From positions 248,001 through 312,000 of the forward strand of contig CM120649.1 in the NCBI GenBank assembly GCA_051362555.1: a stretch of DNA of 64,000 nucleotides, read 5' to 3'. The notes beneath the pieces are model-generated. The model had not been told where the DNA came from and ran no database searches. It saw only the letters and a program-made list of their open reading frames with translations. Positions within the stretch are counted from its first letter, which is position 1, and each line of letters opens with the position of its first letter. Below are positions 36,635-51,030 of the stretch, one piece after another. The stretch is from Lingula anatina (lineage: Eukaryota; Animalia; Brachiopoda). The translations under genes and the position numbers were made by a program.

Positions 36635-39028
36635 GTGAAAACGTTTCAAGTCACGCTTTTTTTATTGGCACAGAACAAACTTTCATCACCGTCACAGGGG
36701 GAGCTGCCAAGTGCTTACAACTATAAAAGAGCGATTGGAACATTTAGTAAGGAGTTTTTTAATCGGATTCAGGCTGGAAAGAAGGACATTTGGAATCTGG
36801 TGAACTTCTAGAAGTGCGGCAGCATCGACGAGTGGTTGACAAAGGGGAATAGGACGACTATAAATTAGGTAGGCAGTGAGCGTTTTAACGCAACTCTTAA
36901 GTCTTTCATCAGAACCAAAGTCAAAAGATTTTATTCTGTGCTGTTTTTGGCATTGATGCTTTTTGTTTGCTCCAAGTTTTGCAAATGGAAGAGGTCCTGC
37001 GCAGGACACATTCATTGATGCAATTTAGGTATTGTATGTACCATTAAAATGCGACCTTATTAGATTGGTTTTCCAAAGGTTTTGCCCAAAAAAAAATGAA
37101 TACTTCTGCTTTTACCGAAGATCTAATTGCGCCAAGCATTTGACAAGTTATGCCTCATGGGTAAAAACACGTTACGTTTCTTTAGAAATGATTTACTTTT
37201 TACCACCTTCACACGATGTCTAGAAAATGCACTTTTATTGACAACCTGTCACGTGGCGTAGTCTGTATCTGAGTAAAACGGTCCAAATTACTCACCTGAT
37301 TATTTGTAACAAATAACGTGAAGACTTGAGTTGGTGTTTGAAGGACATATCTTGAGCTGAAGCCAGTTTAGGTGGAAGGGAGGGCCAAACCCGGTTTAGG
37401 TTGAAGGCTGGCCCAAAGCCAGTTTAGGTGAAAGGCAGGGACAGCTCCAACCTCTAGTGTTGATACGATACCATTTAATTTATTGTCATTGTTACTCGCT
37501 AGCGGATCAAGGTTTTTACGACCATATTAACAGGTGTAAAACGGTTGTCATACAAATCTTAACCAGCCCCCCCCCCCCCCCCCCCCAATCACTGTGTTGG
37601 TTTCGTTAAACAGCTATATTCTTGTAGAACAGTTTCTTAAGCTATGTTATTGTAATAAACTTGTGAAGGTTATTTTGTCTATAGCTACTTATATTTGTTT
37701 TATATACTTATAGACGAAATATTGGCTGGTAAGACCAGACAAATATTAGTACCTGTAGAATCTTCACAAAGCTATATTCTTAAATTTAATGTAAACTTTC
37801 GACCCAAACTTTGGTCTACTTTAGGGCAGGATAAACCATAGAAGTTCCTTTAAACGCTGTAAGTAGGTATTGACCTGAAAAATAGCTATGACATGTTACT
37901 AAACAGGGCCGGTATTTCAAATAAATTGGCCTTGTCCTTGTGTCAAAGCGGGCACGTTTAGACCAAATAACGGACAATAGCTTTTGTGAAACGCGTCCCA
38001 TGCCAGAATCAGCTCCATCTAATTAACGACGATGACGTACTTACTGCCGATTGGCTGATTATCCCTTGCCATTTCAGGAAAGTATCCTGCGTGTAAATAT
38101 AGCCATCAGAGTCTATTGTGAATTATTGGTACCGACGAGAGGTCAAGAATGATAACTGTAATGAAAAGTGCAGTGAGACAAGTGATTGCTTGATCCATGT
38201 CAATGCCCATATTCAGATCCAACTCTTTAAATACGTTTAGAGCTTTCAGTGTGATTAAAAATCGAGTCAGCTTCTGGGATCACGACGTTCAGTAGTCCAC
38301 TATGAATGCGTAATGAAGACTTTAAACATTATACCTTTGTTTTCTCTGGCAAATAGTTCAGATTCTTGTAATACTGCTGGGCCTTAGCGTTGGAGAGATA
38401 ACTCAAAATGATAAGATAAAAACCCAGAGAAGCTACACCAAAACAAAGGAGTAGACGAGGGAATTTTCACCTGCATAGGGTTGGAAAATACCTCGATTTT
38501 GTCTCGTTTAGCTTGTTATACCGTGTTCCTTAGGAGGGACAAGAGAATTCGTGTATATTAGAAGCTATGGGAGACATGACATGTGCCGCCCACCCCCAAC
38601 CCCTGCTTCACCATTGAGTATATTTCTCCATTCCCACTGATACCATCGGTCTATGTAGATCGATCCAACTCTGTGGGAACTCTTGCTGAGTGCAATCGGT
38701 TTAACAGATTAATACGCCACCTGGCGTTGAGTAGAAATCAGAAAAGCTGGTGATTATACGAATGTGTTGAAACCAAGAGGCAGCGTGTCATTCAGTCTAA
38801 TAGCCAGGGTAGGTTCAAACATATGCTAACATGAGAGAAGGGTCAACAGGCATTGGTTTATGCTATTATTGTAAATACCGTCGAGACAGTCTCAAAATGA
38901 ACATCACAATACATGCGAACATTCTTTAATAACATGTAACCGGTTTGGATGAGTTTGCATTGCTATTCTCGTATGTGTTTGAACATACCACATGCTTCTA
39001 TACGTCCTGCGTGAACACGATACTACTA

Positions 39029-39083
<55 letters not shown>

Positions 39084-39274
39084 TTAATTTGCAACTTAAA
39101 TAGATGAATTTAATAATAAGATATAAAATAAAATTCAATAAATGAGAATAAGGTTAATAAAATTGTTAATTAAAAGTGTGAAGATGAAACAAAATATTTC
39201 GTACTATGAGGGTATTTAAATATACATGAAAATTAAGATTAACTCTAAACAAAATTAAACTAAAATTTAGATAA

Positions 39275-39560
39275 TTTGTATGAGTAGTCAGTGCCCAAGG
39301 TAGGAATGTCTTGGCAGATCTGATAGGTCTCAATTTTAACACGGTATATTTTTTTATCCAGGCAGTGTGATATATGACATAATTGTATTTGTCTCAGGCA
39401 GTAGATGATGTATTATGTGGTCCCTGTTGCTCATATTGTAGACTAATGTTTTTGTTGGGTCATCTCTCCTAATAACAAGTGTCAATAAGAGACCTTAATC
39501 TTAATATATTTGTCCCGTCTCATCTGACTAAGTTAATATTTAATCACTATAACAGGTCAG
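39275..39560 (-). mobile_element. Degenerate CR1/L2-group LINE 3' end, with an (ATT)n run downstream at 39029-39082
   Basis: Minus-strand remnants HIIHHLLPE...RPIRSAKTFLPWAL resemble the HPLHHLLP...RTxRxxxSFxP end of LINE ORF2. Confidence 0.45.
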
Positions 39561-40336
39561 GGAGTCATTAGACTAATTTGATTTCTTTGAAAGATGTACG
39601 ATGTGGCGTCTTTTCATTATATCAGTGTTGACACAGAGAGAGGACAGAAAAATTATTTCATTTCGATTACATTATCTTTATGTCACCGAATCGAAATAAT
39701 TAATTTTGATTAAGATTGAAAACAATTTATCAATCCACATCTTTGGATTTACGTGTTATTTGATAGTGCTTGGTATAATTACAGATCAGGTAACCTAATA
39801 TTCCTTTAAAGATTCGTGTAACGTTGCAGAATGGAAGGTAATTATGTTATTAAAAAAATCAAAGGAGTCTGTAATTAGGTACTTAGGTCGCCCACGTGGT
39901 GTTGCACACGTCTTTATGTACCACCGTGTCCAAACGATCATTAATAATCAAAGTTCTCAACATGCAATTGAACAATTTGTTGGATTATCTATCAATTAAT
40001 CTTGGGTACAATTGCAGGGGCGTGGTTGGAGCGGCAAATGTCTTGGCATTGTTAAGGTCTTAATTATTCATAACGCGCGAAATTGACTTATTAGGACCTC
40101 TAAGTCTACACGTGTTGTTTGAAAGGAAATGTGTAATCTCATATTTTCGATCTTTTTTTAAATTGGCACCCTTAACGCTATCATAACATATAACAACCTG
40201 TGTCCTGTCTGGATATTTGTCTCTACGATTTCAAGAAGAACCCTGTTTAAAATCCAAAAAGGTCAGCATCAAACTAAAAGTCCACACCAAATCCCGTCCT
40301 TGAACTGTCTTCGAATCCCCATGACTGCTATCTGTC

Positions 40337-40404
40337 ATGATTGAAACAAAGCGGCTGCTGTCACCTACAGTTCTTTTAATTTCTACGTTATCTATTGTCT
40401 GTCG
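40337..40404 (+). CDS. Signal-peptide exon of the neuropeptide precursor
   Basis: MIETKRLLSPTVLLISTLSIVC-CG|gtataa (phase 2) joins the phase-2 acceptor at 56341/56342 to give ..IVCRVNS|LDD, a good signal peptide with a VxS cleavage site. Upstream acceptor tttcaag ends at 40235. Confidence 0.7.
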
Positions 40405-40878
40405 GTATAAGCTTGAAACATACGTTGAAGTGAAACCATACAATGGACCTCATGGGTTAAGAGGTTTAATATCTGTGCTAAAATGTGGTATTAGCCATAT
40501 GTGGCGTAGTGCATGGTAAGAACCAATACCTTAATCCTCGCCACTACTAGCTTTTCAGGCTTTTTATATCTCTTTTCTTTAGCTTAAGAAGGGTCAAGAC
40601 GTTTTTGTTCTTTATTTTGGTGTTAGATAAATAAACAAACTCAAAGCACGTGGCTTTTTGCTAAAGTAATGGAATAGATCCATTTTATAAAACTATTCTC
40701 TCAATTGATTTGGTAATTTGAACTGTGTTAAATCAAACTTTATCAGTAAACTTTATACGAGTTTGTGATATCTGCGTGAACCGTGAATTGGTTTTAAAAG
40801 GAGGACAGAAAAAGTGTGAACCGTTGACACAACATCGCTCCATCGAACATCTCCATCCTTAGTTGCACATAACACCAG

Positions 40879-42146
40879 CGCCCGGTTGCACCAACAGGGC
40901 GTAAATTTACTCGGCTACGACTGTCGTAAACTGCAACGCCTGGCGTCCGTGCGCCAGGATTACACTCCCTGCTTACGCCCGTTGCACCAAGACAAAAACT
41001 GATCGTCGTAACTACGCCCAAGTAACGCTCCGTTGCGTCACTGGCCAACAATACGTGGATGGTATAATTGGGCAAATGAGGAGTTCTCAGCTGCAGTCAC
41101 AATGGAATGATGACATAAATAAACACAAAAGGAGCATTTCAGTGACGGAAAAATTCATGAGCTAAATTATTCCATTTTGATTTAGAAATAAGAACGTTAA
41201 AATACGTTAACTTTGCTGTTGCATTGGATATATAGCAATAAAATCGTAAATATATTCCGAATCAAAACATTATTATAGTGTGTTATGTATGCCAGATTAT
41301 AGTATGCTGTTGTAAATGAGAAAAACGCGTTGGAGGCAGTACGTATTTCTATTAATGGATTTGAACACCTTCACATTTGTTATCGAAACTATTGAGTCTG
41401 AAAATAATGCAAAAAAGCCAGCATTGCTTTCTTTTTATAATTTTACAACAGTGCCAACAATTTCATGACCTTTTTATCTATGGTTACACCGTGAGGTATC
41501 ATTTAATTCAATTAATCTTACATCTTGGAGATTGAGAAAAACAAGAGACCTAATACATATTATATGAGCCTTAAAATGTTGATATTTTAAGCTTTCGTCT
41601 CTATGTTTATATACAGTAAAATGTGAATGATATAAAATGTGATTAAAAAATGAATATGGTTAGTTATGGTTTGTCAAAAATTGTGAAAAGAATTAAAGAA
41701 ACCGTACTGCTGAGAGCCAAGGCATGTCGACATGAGTGGTAAGATTTAATTTGAACACATGCATATATACATGTACATGGCTACACACATAATGTATTTA
41801 ATAATCACTTATTTATATATATATATAATTAGTTGTTTTTTTTTAACCAGGCTATGCAGACGGAAGTTTTGTGTAAGAAACAAACAAATAACAACCCACA
41901 TAATCTACGTTAACTACGATAATTGTCACCAAACTCTCTCTGTGCCAGCCTAGCCATAGTGCAAAACGAGCTACGACCGACTTACTCCACCTAGCTAGCA
42001 GGCGTAAATTTACGACAAAGTTAAGACCGACGTAAACACTATTCCAGTTTGGTACAACTGGCTTTTCTCGGGCGTAGCATTTTGCGCCCGGTTTACGCCG
42101 GCGCAACTGCTACGCCTCATTTACGACCGGTTGGTGCAACCGGGCC
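40879..42146. mobile_element. Non-autonomous PIF/Harbinger-like DNA transposon (1268 bp)
   Basis: TIR (g/c)gcccggttgcaccaac at both ends, 3-bp CAG duplication (40876-40878 and 42147-42149), subterminal tacg/cgtaa repeats, AT-rich interior. Confidence 0.8.
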
Positions 42147-44396
42147 CAGGATATGTATAATCTACGATGATAATCTATCTTCAGTAACCAATTTGTTTCA
42201 GATCATTTAATTTTTAAGACCAATTAGTATCATCCTTTGCTATAACGTAACGTATATCCTTAATGGTAATATGTTTGCTTCCGTGTCATCAATAATACCC
42301 TTACTATTGGAAAAATGTCATAAATGTCGTATTGGTTACGACTCCGTGTTGTCATTAAATTGACTAAGTAAGTTTCATACTAGGAACATTAACACTTTGT
42401 CAATATTTGCTCTGTTCATGTGAAAAACGTACATGTCGTACGCAATGTGAGAACTATGTACGCACAAAAAACGGTGTACGCAAACAAGGCTGCAATACGC
42501 AAAATAATTACTACTGTCCGCAAAACATGACCCGCACACGCAAAGTCGTCGCTGTCGTACTAAATCCTGAAGTCCACAATACAATAAATGTCGCGAGTCA
42601 ACAGATCCCCATACACAAAAGAGATAAAGGTTAACAACTTCACAGAAATAAAACTGTAAAGACATATAGTTTTAGTTGAACTTTAAAAATAAAAAGTTGC
42701 ATTGAAAATGTCGTGCAACGTCAGGAACAGCGTTTAAAGAATTCGTTAAAAGTTTCCTTGGCGTTTTCTCAACGGTTTTACCTCGGGTTTACTCGGGTGA
42801 CTTGTGTTGAAATATTCAGGGTTTCTTTCTACATGAAGCCTACCGAGTATTTGTTTGCCTTTTTTTAAAAGTAATATGGTGGTCTGGTGACACCTGTTGG
42901 ACGTTTCAGCAGACTCCTTCCTCCGTCAGCAGGGGGGGGGGGATACTGAAGTCGTAGTCACCGTCGCGTGATACGGTTTGTAACATTTTAAGTTCCAAAT
43001 AAGAATTGTCAAAGACAGTTTTATGGTAATAATGTGTCATAGCAACTGAGTTTTGCTGTAATTTTGAATCTGCAGATGTTTGGGATACGATCTGTCGAAT
43101 AGCGAAAAGTGAAAGTTTAATCAAGAAGACTTTGTCAAGAATTATCACTTCCTTAACTTTACATCTGCCTGTATCAAGCTTCCTTCCGCCGGGGACCTAT
43201 GTCCACAATGGAACTTTAGCCCGACAATACCGTCTAAACCTTTAGTCCAAACGTTTAGTCTACTTTGCCTAAGTCACAGTAGTGGTTCAACTAAATGAAA
43301 CATAGCACTACTCTTGAAGACAATGCTAACGTTTCAGAAGAATTAATCAGTTAAGCTTGGCAGGAAGTAGACCAGTTTTGGGGTTTAACGTAAGACCAAT
43401 TTTCTGGGGTTTATTAAGTTTGTGGAAGTGTCCCATGTTGTCTTGGCTAGCTACCAGTAGACGAATTTCGTCTCACCTGCCACTGATGGTATTGTCTTCT
43501 TTCTCTCCGTTGGTTAATGAAATCAAAGGTGGTAATTAGATATTCCTTATTCTATTTTAGTCAGGCGACTGCAAGGAAATTAGCATTGCCGCATGGGAAG
43601 AAGAGTAGAATTCAATTGTGTAAGGCATTAATATAACATTGCAACAAATTCTATACCTATCTGTGTCCGGTATCACTTGTATTTCTATTCTGCTCTTCTG
43701 CTCCCAGTAATTGCAAGATGTCGCCTTTTTAAACAATTACAAATTGGTTCGAAATCAATTTTTTATACATGTTGGGAAGACTTGTGGCTTGGTTGTAAAT
43801 ATGTCGAGTTTTAAAAAGTTTAAATTGGCGCAATTTCTGTCAAGCGTTTCGAAAACCACACTGATGCCGACATATCTAGAACTGTTTTATTTTTCACCAC
43901 GTAAACAAGTCATCTTAAGAGGTTAAATAACAGTAAATAATCATTAGCATTCAAATCCGATTCAAAGTACACATATTATTACAGGTCGATTCTTGGAACC
44001 TCACATTTTACGACTGCGTAACCAAGCTTGGTTCGTTATTGAATACGAGAAGTAAACACCTTCACAACTGATATGCATAACAAAGTGTTTATATAAACAG
44101 GCATAAATATAACAGATTCTTCCCAAACCATTCAAAATACATTCGAATTCGTGCTAATAATTACCCATTTTATTCACAGTGAAAAATGACTGCCCGTTTC
44201 CGATGCCACTCTACCTCAGTGGCCATCTGTTGCAAATGGACTGCTTTCTTCAATCAGTGTTATTACGAAATCATTGTCTACACTAATGCGTTATTACTAG
44301 TAATTTGTAAAGAAGATTGAAATATTAACAGTTTGACGACGGATATATCAGCTAATTTATGAATAAAACATTTAATTTGTACAGCGGGTATTCTTA

Positions 44397-44977
44397 AGCC
44401 TAGATTACATTTGAAATGCGATGCCCGTACGGTGCACGTATGGTGTCCGTAATTCCTTTTCCGCACGGCGTCTTGAGTGGAGGTAGACGGTGTCCGTGCG
44501 TTTCAAATAGCAGTAGTGCCGCGAGAACACTGTACGTCAATTGCACAGTGGCTGAGAGGGCTCCGTATTTGATCACTTTTCAACCGAAAAACCGATCTTT
44601 CACGACCTGTCCACAAGGTCATGTTAGAGAAATGGCACGGCGACCGTATGTAATGTAGACATACTCGGCGTAGTCCCTTACGATGTCAAAAAAAAAAAAT
44701 GTACGGATAATCGTATACGATTTCATCGCACGGCGCCCATGGCAAATGTAATCTAGGAGTGCATTCCCAGAGATTTAGATCGATCCATCCGGATCGACCT
44801 AACTCCCTGGGGGTTCACGCTAAATTGCAGTTCGCCGAGCGCGCACGACAGTTAACTACCCCCTTGCAGCTTTAAGTAGGCAGGACAGACGCTTAAGCCG
44901 GCTAAGCTGACAGTAATCTAGTGAGACTCTCCACAGGGATAGATCGATCTAAAATCTGTGGGAATGGGGTCTAGGCT
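44397..44977. mobile_element. Nested PIF/Harbinger-like MITEs
   Basis: Outer element has TIR agcctagattacatttg and TTA TSDs (44394-44396 and 44978-44980). Inner element 44757-44971 (TIR cattccca.agattt(t)agatcgatc, TAG TSD) sits inside the outer right TIR. Confidence 0.8.
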
Positions 44978-46098
44978 TTAATGGGCGTTCAAAGCAGTAT
45001 GGCGCGTCACAAGGGTGTCTCATGGCTGAAGTAAATTTCTCCCATTATAATGCGTAATGCATATCGTCCCACAGAAAGGTCCTATTTATTCAATCAGTGT
45101 TTTTGCGGCAAGTTTTATTCAATAACCGCTGTCGTCCTAGGTATATATAGACAGAAAACCACTTAATTACGCAATGGTATGCCCTTTTCTATAGCTCGGG
45201 CTCTCCCTTCACGCTCAGCTTTCTAGAAGTGGTTGTTGATGCAATCTCTGTCTCTGCGGGCATGGCGTCTCTGTTGATTAAAAATAACTTGTTTGTATTT
45301 GTCACCAAAGACGTCATGAATCGCCACTGGCTCACTTAGGAGGTGAGTAAATCATAACAACAAACACGCTAAAAACATTCAGATTTGATATTGGATTGTC
45401 TTGCACGCGTAGGTGACAAATATCTTCGCTGTTGAGCTGGGATTGCTCACTCTCTTGTTAAGACTTCGTGGCCATCTGCGGCTGTATTCATGAACGATTT
45501 TGCCAACTGTTGCACGTATTTGTTTGTCACAACTGGAAACCCAGGAATTTCACGTACAATGCTAATGCATTTTAATAAATAATAATTTTAATTAACTTTC
45601 ATATTCCTTTAACATTTCTTTGTATTTTTACGGTTTGAATGTAAATTCTCCACCTTTGGGTATTGATATTGTAGAGTACACATATTAACTATTAATATTA
45701 TAGTATAATCAGGGCCACTTCAAAACGATCTATAGATAGGTAGATATAAACACCTTTGCTAGACTCCATCAACATTGAAAGGCATTCCATTTGCATCGGC
45801 GACATTCATTCAAGATGCAAACTACGGAGCAGTATGTTACACAAGAAAGAGTCCAAGTCGGTTTACCTTTCCCAAACCGCCATAAAGTCTCCAGATTAAT
45901 GTAAACTAAGCCGTGCCATTTGATCTTCAAAAGTACACACAAAGGTTTCAGAATACTGTAACTCATCTCAACAAGCCCATAACAGCTGCCCATATCAGTA
46001 CCAAATCACTTGCTTGTGTTAGTCATGCAGGTTTCCTATTGCATGAAATGGTGTAGCTATCTTTCTTCGTATCTTCTGCTGGGATTACGAAATGTACT

Positions 46099-46139
<41 letters not shown>

Positions 46140-47967
46140 GGGGGAGTTATGGTAAGATAATCTTGTTTCTTCACTCATCGGACGTACATCGTGTCTTCAT
46201 TAAAGCCATTCTTTTGTGACTACGTTAAAAAGTGCACCTCACAATGCCGATGGCGTGCATATCCCTTTTAATTGTTTCTCCACTATTTCCAGTAGAGTAT
46301 AGAATCAACATCAAACGTAATGAAATGTGCCTGTGATTCCATTAAGCGAATGGGAGTTCCTGGAATTTGTCAACATTTAATTAAAATCATCGTCATGATA
46401 CAAGAATTCAAGTTATGAAGTTCAGAAGTTTTTTTGTACTTTACTGGGAACTCCTTTTTGCTGCAAAAAATAGCTGTATGTTGTATCGCCACCCAAGTCA
46501 GTCAGCGCAGGTTTAATTAGGTTTAAGTTCGGTTACTGATTTGATTACGGATGAAGACATTTGTTTGTAATTTCATTTTTAAAACACACGTGCGGGTAGG
46601 TTTCCTCACTGGGTGTATATCGGCGAGTGATTTTGAACACTATTTGTGCAGAAATACTGAAACATTTGCCTCATTTATTACTGCTGCTATAGTAACATCG
46701 ACGAGATGGTGTCTCAAACGATTTTTCGTCTTTCACTATTCACTTTATTAATTTGTGATTGATGAAATCATGAACATTAAGCTTTGCAATACTCCGTTAT
46801 CTATCAAATTCATTCGTAAAAAAATTAGTTTGCCAAACTACGGATATATAGGCCTAGCAATTGGAAGTCATAATTGATAATAAAGTAAGTCATACCATTA
46901 TGAATATATTGTCATAGCAAACCTTTTCCCTTCGGTATATGAAGTGTAGATTGATAAGTCTTCAATAAAGTCTACTTTAATGCTTTTAGTAAGCAACAAT
47001 GAGATTCAGACACGACCTTTAGACAACTGCAAGATAATCAGCTCAGTGTACATTTGACTCTTAACTTTGTACACTAGATTAAGAACTCCATTTAATTCAG
47101 GGTGGAGACAGAGTTCAACGTTCATTCGATATGCTATGTCGCTATCACCATGGAATGTCTGAATATTTCCCAATGCAAATAACGAAACTGACAAGCCATG
47201 ATACATGTAAGAAGAGGACCAGCCGACAGAAGTTCAAATATTGAAAATTGTTCCCTTAGCGACGGCGTCTGCTGTGTAATTTAATTGCTGCAAGGTGAAA
47301 CGGTTGGACTACTTGTCCACTCAAGGCAAAGTAGATTAGCATCTTTTGTCTACAATAATGTCTGTTTAAAACAGTGTCACAGAATGAAATAAGAATGAAT
47401 GAAATAAGAGCTCGCGTAGGGAGTCTCACCTCACCCAAATTAAAAACCGACTTTCAAAGGCGCTATAAACCCACAATGCTTAGTAGGTCAACAGGTTTTC
47501 TTGCCTAGTTTTCCTTCACCCGAGTTCCTAAAAATTCCGTTATTGAAGAAAAATGGTACCTTGGGATGTGAAATAATGGACAATGGAAAAATCGGATTAT
47601 TAGCTGTTTTTATCGGTGAAAATTGTGCTTGATATTCAAAGATTTACATGAGTAAACGACAAGTCCGTCTCTTGGCCATATTTCTTTCAGTTTTAAAGTT
47701 TGATCGTAAATCATTAATGTGGTAATGGAAGACACAAAGTGAATCTCACAGCATTTTGGACGCGATTTAACTCGACAATTGAGAGAGGTTTGTAATAATG
47801 CAGTTGAAATAAAAACACCGTATTCACTGATACATGTATTTGTGCCGGAGTAACAGGAATAAATGGAAGTCCTCTAGGAACCGTCATCCGTTCCCCATTA
47901 CTCTGTACAGGTGACATTGGTCCCATATACAAACACCAATATTCAGATTAAACCTAACCTGTAGTAA

Positions 47968-48153
47968 CAGGCCCGTAGCCGGGGGGGGGGGGGGGGGGGG
48001 GGGGGGTTCGGGGAGTTCGAAAGAACTGCCCCTTTTGCTGGGAAAAGGTCCACTCTGGGTAAAATTTAACCTAGGTACATGAAGTTTTTATAGAAAAAGG
48101 TCCACTTTTTCAGAAAAAGAACCCGCCTTTTGAAATTGCTGGCTATGGGCCTG
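47968..48153. mobile_element. Short CAG-terminated MITE with a 5-bp TSD (hAT-like)
   Basis: TIR caggcccgtagcc / ggctatgggcctg, TSD AGTAA, internal poly-G. Confidence 0.75.
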
Positions 48154-49374
48154 AGTAATCATATGAGACCTGGACTTCCATTCCTAGGACTTCCATTCCT
48201 GTGACACCTGTATGTCACCGTTAAGTTAACTGCCACTTACAATCCCTGAGCATTGACATGTACACGTGGAAATGTGACGCTAACAACAGTGAAACAGCTT
48301 TTCTTGAACGTATGTGGAATGTCTATCAAAATGATGTTCCAATCTTGTTTATACAAAGGGATAGGAGACAGTCAATAAAAACATTGTAAAGAATTTCTGA
48401 TTTTTTTTATTAGGAAAACTCCGCTGCACTGTCTCTTGAACTACGCTACCTGAATATTTAATGGTATTTTTTTAATCTCAAAGCTTACGCAAGTCTTAGC
48501 TTCTCTTCCGATGTGATAAATCTTTGATTTTATAAAAAGGTTTGTACGCAGTAAAGCCATGTACCGCATGCCGCAAATGTTGTCAACGACTGCTTTTCGT
48601 GTACAACAAATTGACTGCAAATACACTGATTAAAAAGGAATATCGTTTATAATTACATCGACACCACATTAACGGTTCCGTATACCGGTTTTCTGTCAAT
48701 AACATGAAAAAAGACTGATATTTTACCATTCAATATTACGTGAGTTAACAATCAGACGTCATCATGGAATAGGGCTTTGGTAGACGCTGTAATCGTCCAC
48801 TTTACCCCGTGACGTGATCATTTGTCAGATCCCCCCCCCCCCCCTGTGTATTTCTTTAATTATTCACCACACCTACACGTCGTAACTCCGTAATACACTG
48901 TATAACGACTTCATAGATATCAGAACATCAGTGTGAGGGTGATAATAGACACGTGAGATAGGTCGTGAAAGCGGCAAATCGGTCAAATGATATTCCAACT
49001 TTGGAGTAGTCAGCTGTTCTTCTAGGAAAAACCAACATACAACCATACATACAACCAATAAGTCTTTCCAAAAGAAAACAATTACTTCACTTCAGTGTGA
49101 TGACAAAATCCTGAGGTCTAAAGAGATGGTCCAAAATAAAATCCCGTAGTCTAAGAGTATAGACGAGCCATCAGTAGTAGTTATGTGTGTTTGTGTGTGT
49201 GTGAGAGAGAGAAAGAAGCGTGGGGTAAAAAAGAAGTATTGTATACTGTAATTAACATTACCTAAGTTCAATAAAAAAAAAACTTTTAGTGTAAGTTACC
49301 TTTGAAAAAAGAACCAGTTTTCTTTCATCGACACCTCATCTACTACGGTCATGCCAGTTGTTTGATCATCACTC

Positions 49375-49544
49375 CGGTGTGACAGGAAAGGTTGTCCTAG
49401 GAAAAGAAGTTCGGGTTTCCTTATGATTAGTACAGATTAGGGCTAGTCGGAGTATTGGGGTTAGTGTGTGGGACGAATGTCACCTGTATAAAGTAATGGA
49501 GAACGGACTATGGTCCCTAGGGGACTACCATTCCTGTCACAGCG
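49375..49544. mobile_element. Short MITE-like element; related termini at ~13050 and ~48190
   Basis: TIR cggtgtgacaggaaaggttgtcc / ggactaccattcctgtcacagcg. Confidence 0.6.
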
Positions 49545-50280
49545 TCATTCTCGGCACTCTCCGCTCCTTCCTGGAATACCCTTTCCATGAAAACACCTCA
49601 TCAAACGCCACCAAAAGGTCAGACAAAACGCCCCGCGCACGTTGTCATGTGAATTAAATTATTAAGGAACGCTTAAGCTTTGTAGAACTTCCTCGCGTTA
49701 AACTTCTAAAAGGGCACCCCATTATCAGCTTTGCTTAACCAAAAACAAACAGTAAAGCCAACCGCCGATGGCGTTGATAGTGATCACGTATGTCTCCATT
49801 ACCAGGTGTACTGCCTAATGCTTCTAAGAACTCTGTCTTGATCTTATAACGATACTTAAGAGCATGCTCCCCGGGGGAACTTCCTACTCAGATGTGTTTT
49901 AAGGAATGTGCCACACCTGATGTTGGCCACGCGGCCTCTGATCAGGTGACCAAGAGGACAAATTAAGGGTGAGCGTCACAAATGACTCTTAACCAAAAAA
50001 TAGACTTAACATTTGGATTACAATTTTTGCTTACTTTGACGCTTGACTCCCCCCTCCCCCAAATCAACAGTAGACTACTAAATGTAACATTGCACCTGCT
50101 TTATAAAAATAGATTAATTGTAATGTTTTATACCAGAGATTTCATTATTGAGAACTTTTTAGACATATCCTGACTGGATATAGACCAATTTTTTGTGAAG
50201 TAACTCTCAGGTAGGTGTGGCCATGCATTCCATGTGGGTTCCAACTGTGCGCTCCTTACACCTACGTATACCACTCACCA

Positions 50281-50448
50281 CAGGGGCGTATTTAGACCGT
50301 CTTCTGGGTGTTCTGGAAGACGGTCAGATTTTTAAGTTAACATTGACGGGTATCTAATTTTTTCTGTCGGAAGACGGTCAAAAATGGAGGATGGATCAAC
50401 AAAGATAATTTGGAAGACTGTCAGAAAATACCTCTGGATCCGCCCCTG
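50281..50448. mobile_element. Short CAG-terminated MITE with a 5-bp TSD (hAT-like)
   Basis: TIR caggggcgtat / atccgcccctg, TSD CACCA (50276-50280 and 50449-50453). Confidence 0.75.
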
Positions 50449-50630
50449 CACCAGGCAGCCCAGGTGGAAGTCTAGCCGACCCACCCAGCTAGAACCAACC
50501 CTCTAACTGGGCCACAGATTGACTTTTCACACGATATTCACAGATCTGTCTTAAGATAAATAGACGGTCATTTTACTGTCTTTGGCTTTTACCCTTTTCC
50601 CTATATAATCTGTCACCCAGGTAACTAGAA

Positions 50631-51030
50631 CCCATGAGGCACCCATAAACAAGCAAGCGTAGAACTCAATGTCAACCCACACCGGTCCCATAGGGCACCC
50701 GTAACCAAACAAACATAGCATTCAGTGTAGACCCACATTGGTCCCATAGGGCACTCGTAACCAAACAAACATAGCATTCACTGTAGACCCACATTGGTCC
50801 CATAGGGCACCCGTAACCAAACAAACATAGCATTCAGTGTAGACCCACATTGGTCCCATAGGGCACCCGTAACCAAACAAACATAGCATTCAGTGTAGAC
50901 CCACATTGGTCCCATAGGGCACCCGTAACCAAACAAACATAGTATTCAGTGTAGACCCACATTGGTCCCATAGGGAACCCGTAACCAAACAAACATAGCA
51001 TTCAGTGTAGACCCACATTGGTCCCGTATG
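50631..51030. repeat. 56-bp tandem repeat, ~6-7 copies
   Basis: Unit cccatagggcacccgtaaccaaacaaacatagcattcagtgtagacccacattggt; copies near-identical. Confidence 0.95.

Noticed and set aside
47714-47932. IVELNRVQNAVRF resembling a LINE RT C-terminal motif
   Set aside because: A single short motif is too little to support a feature call.
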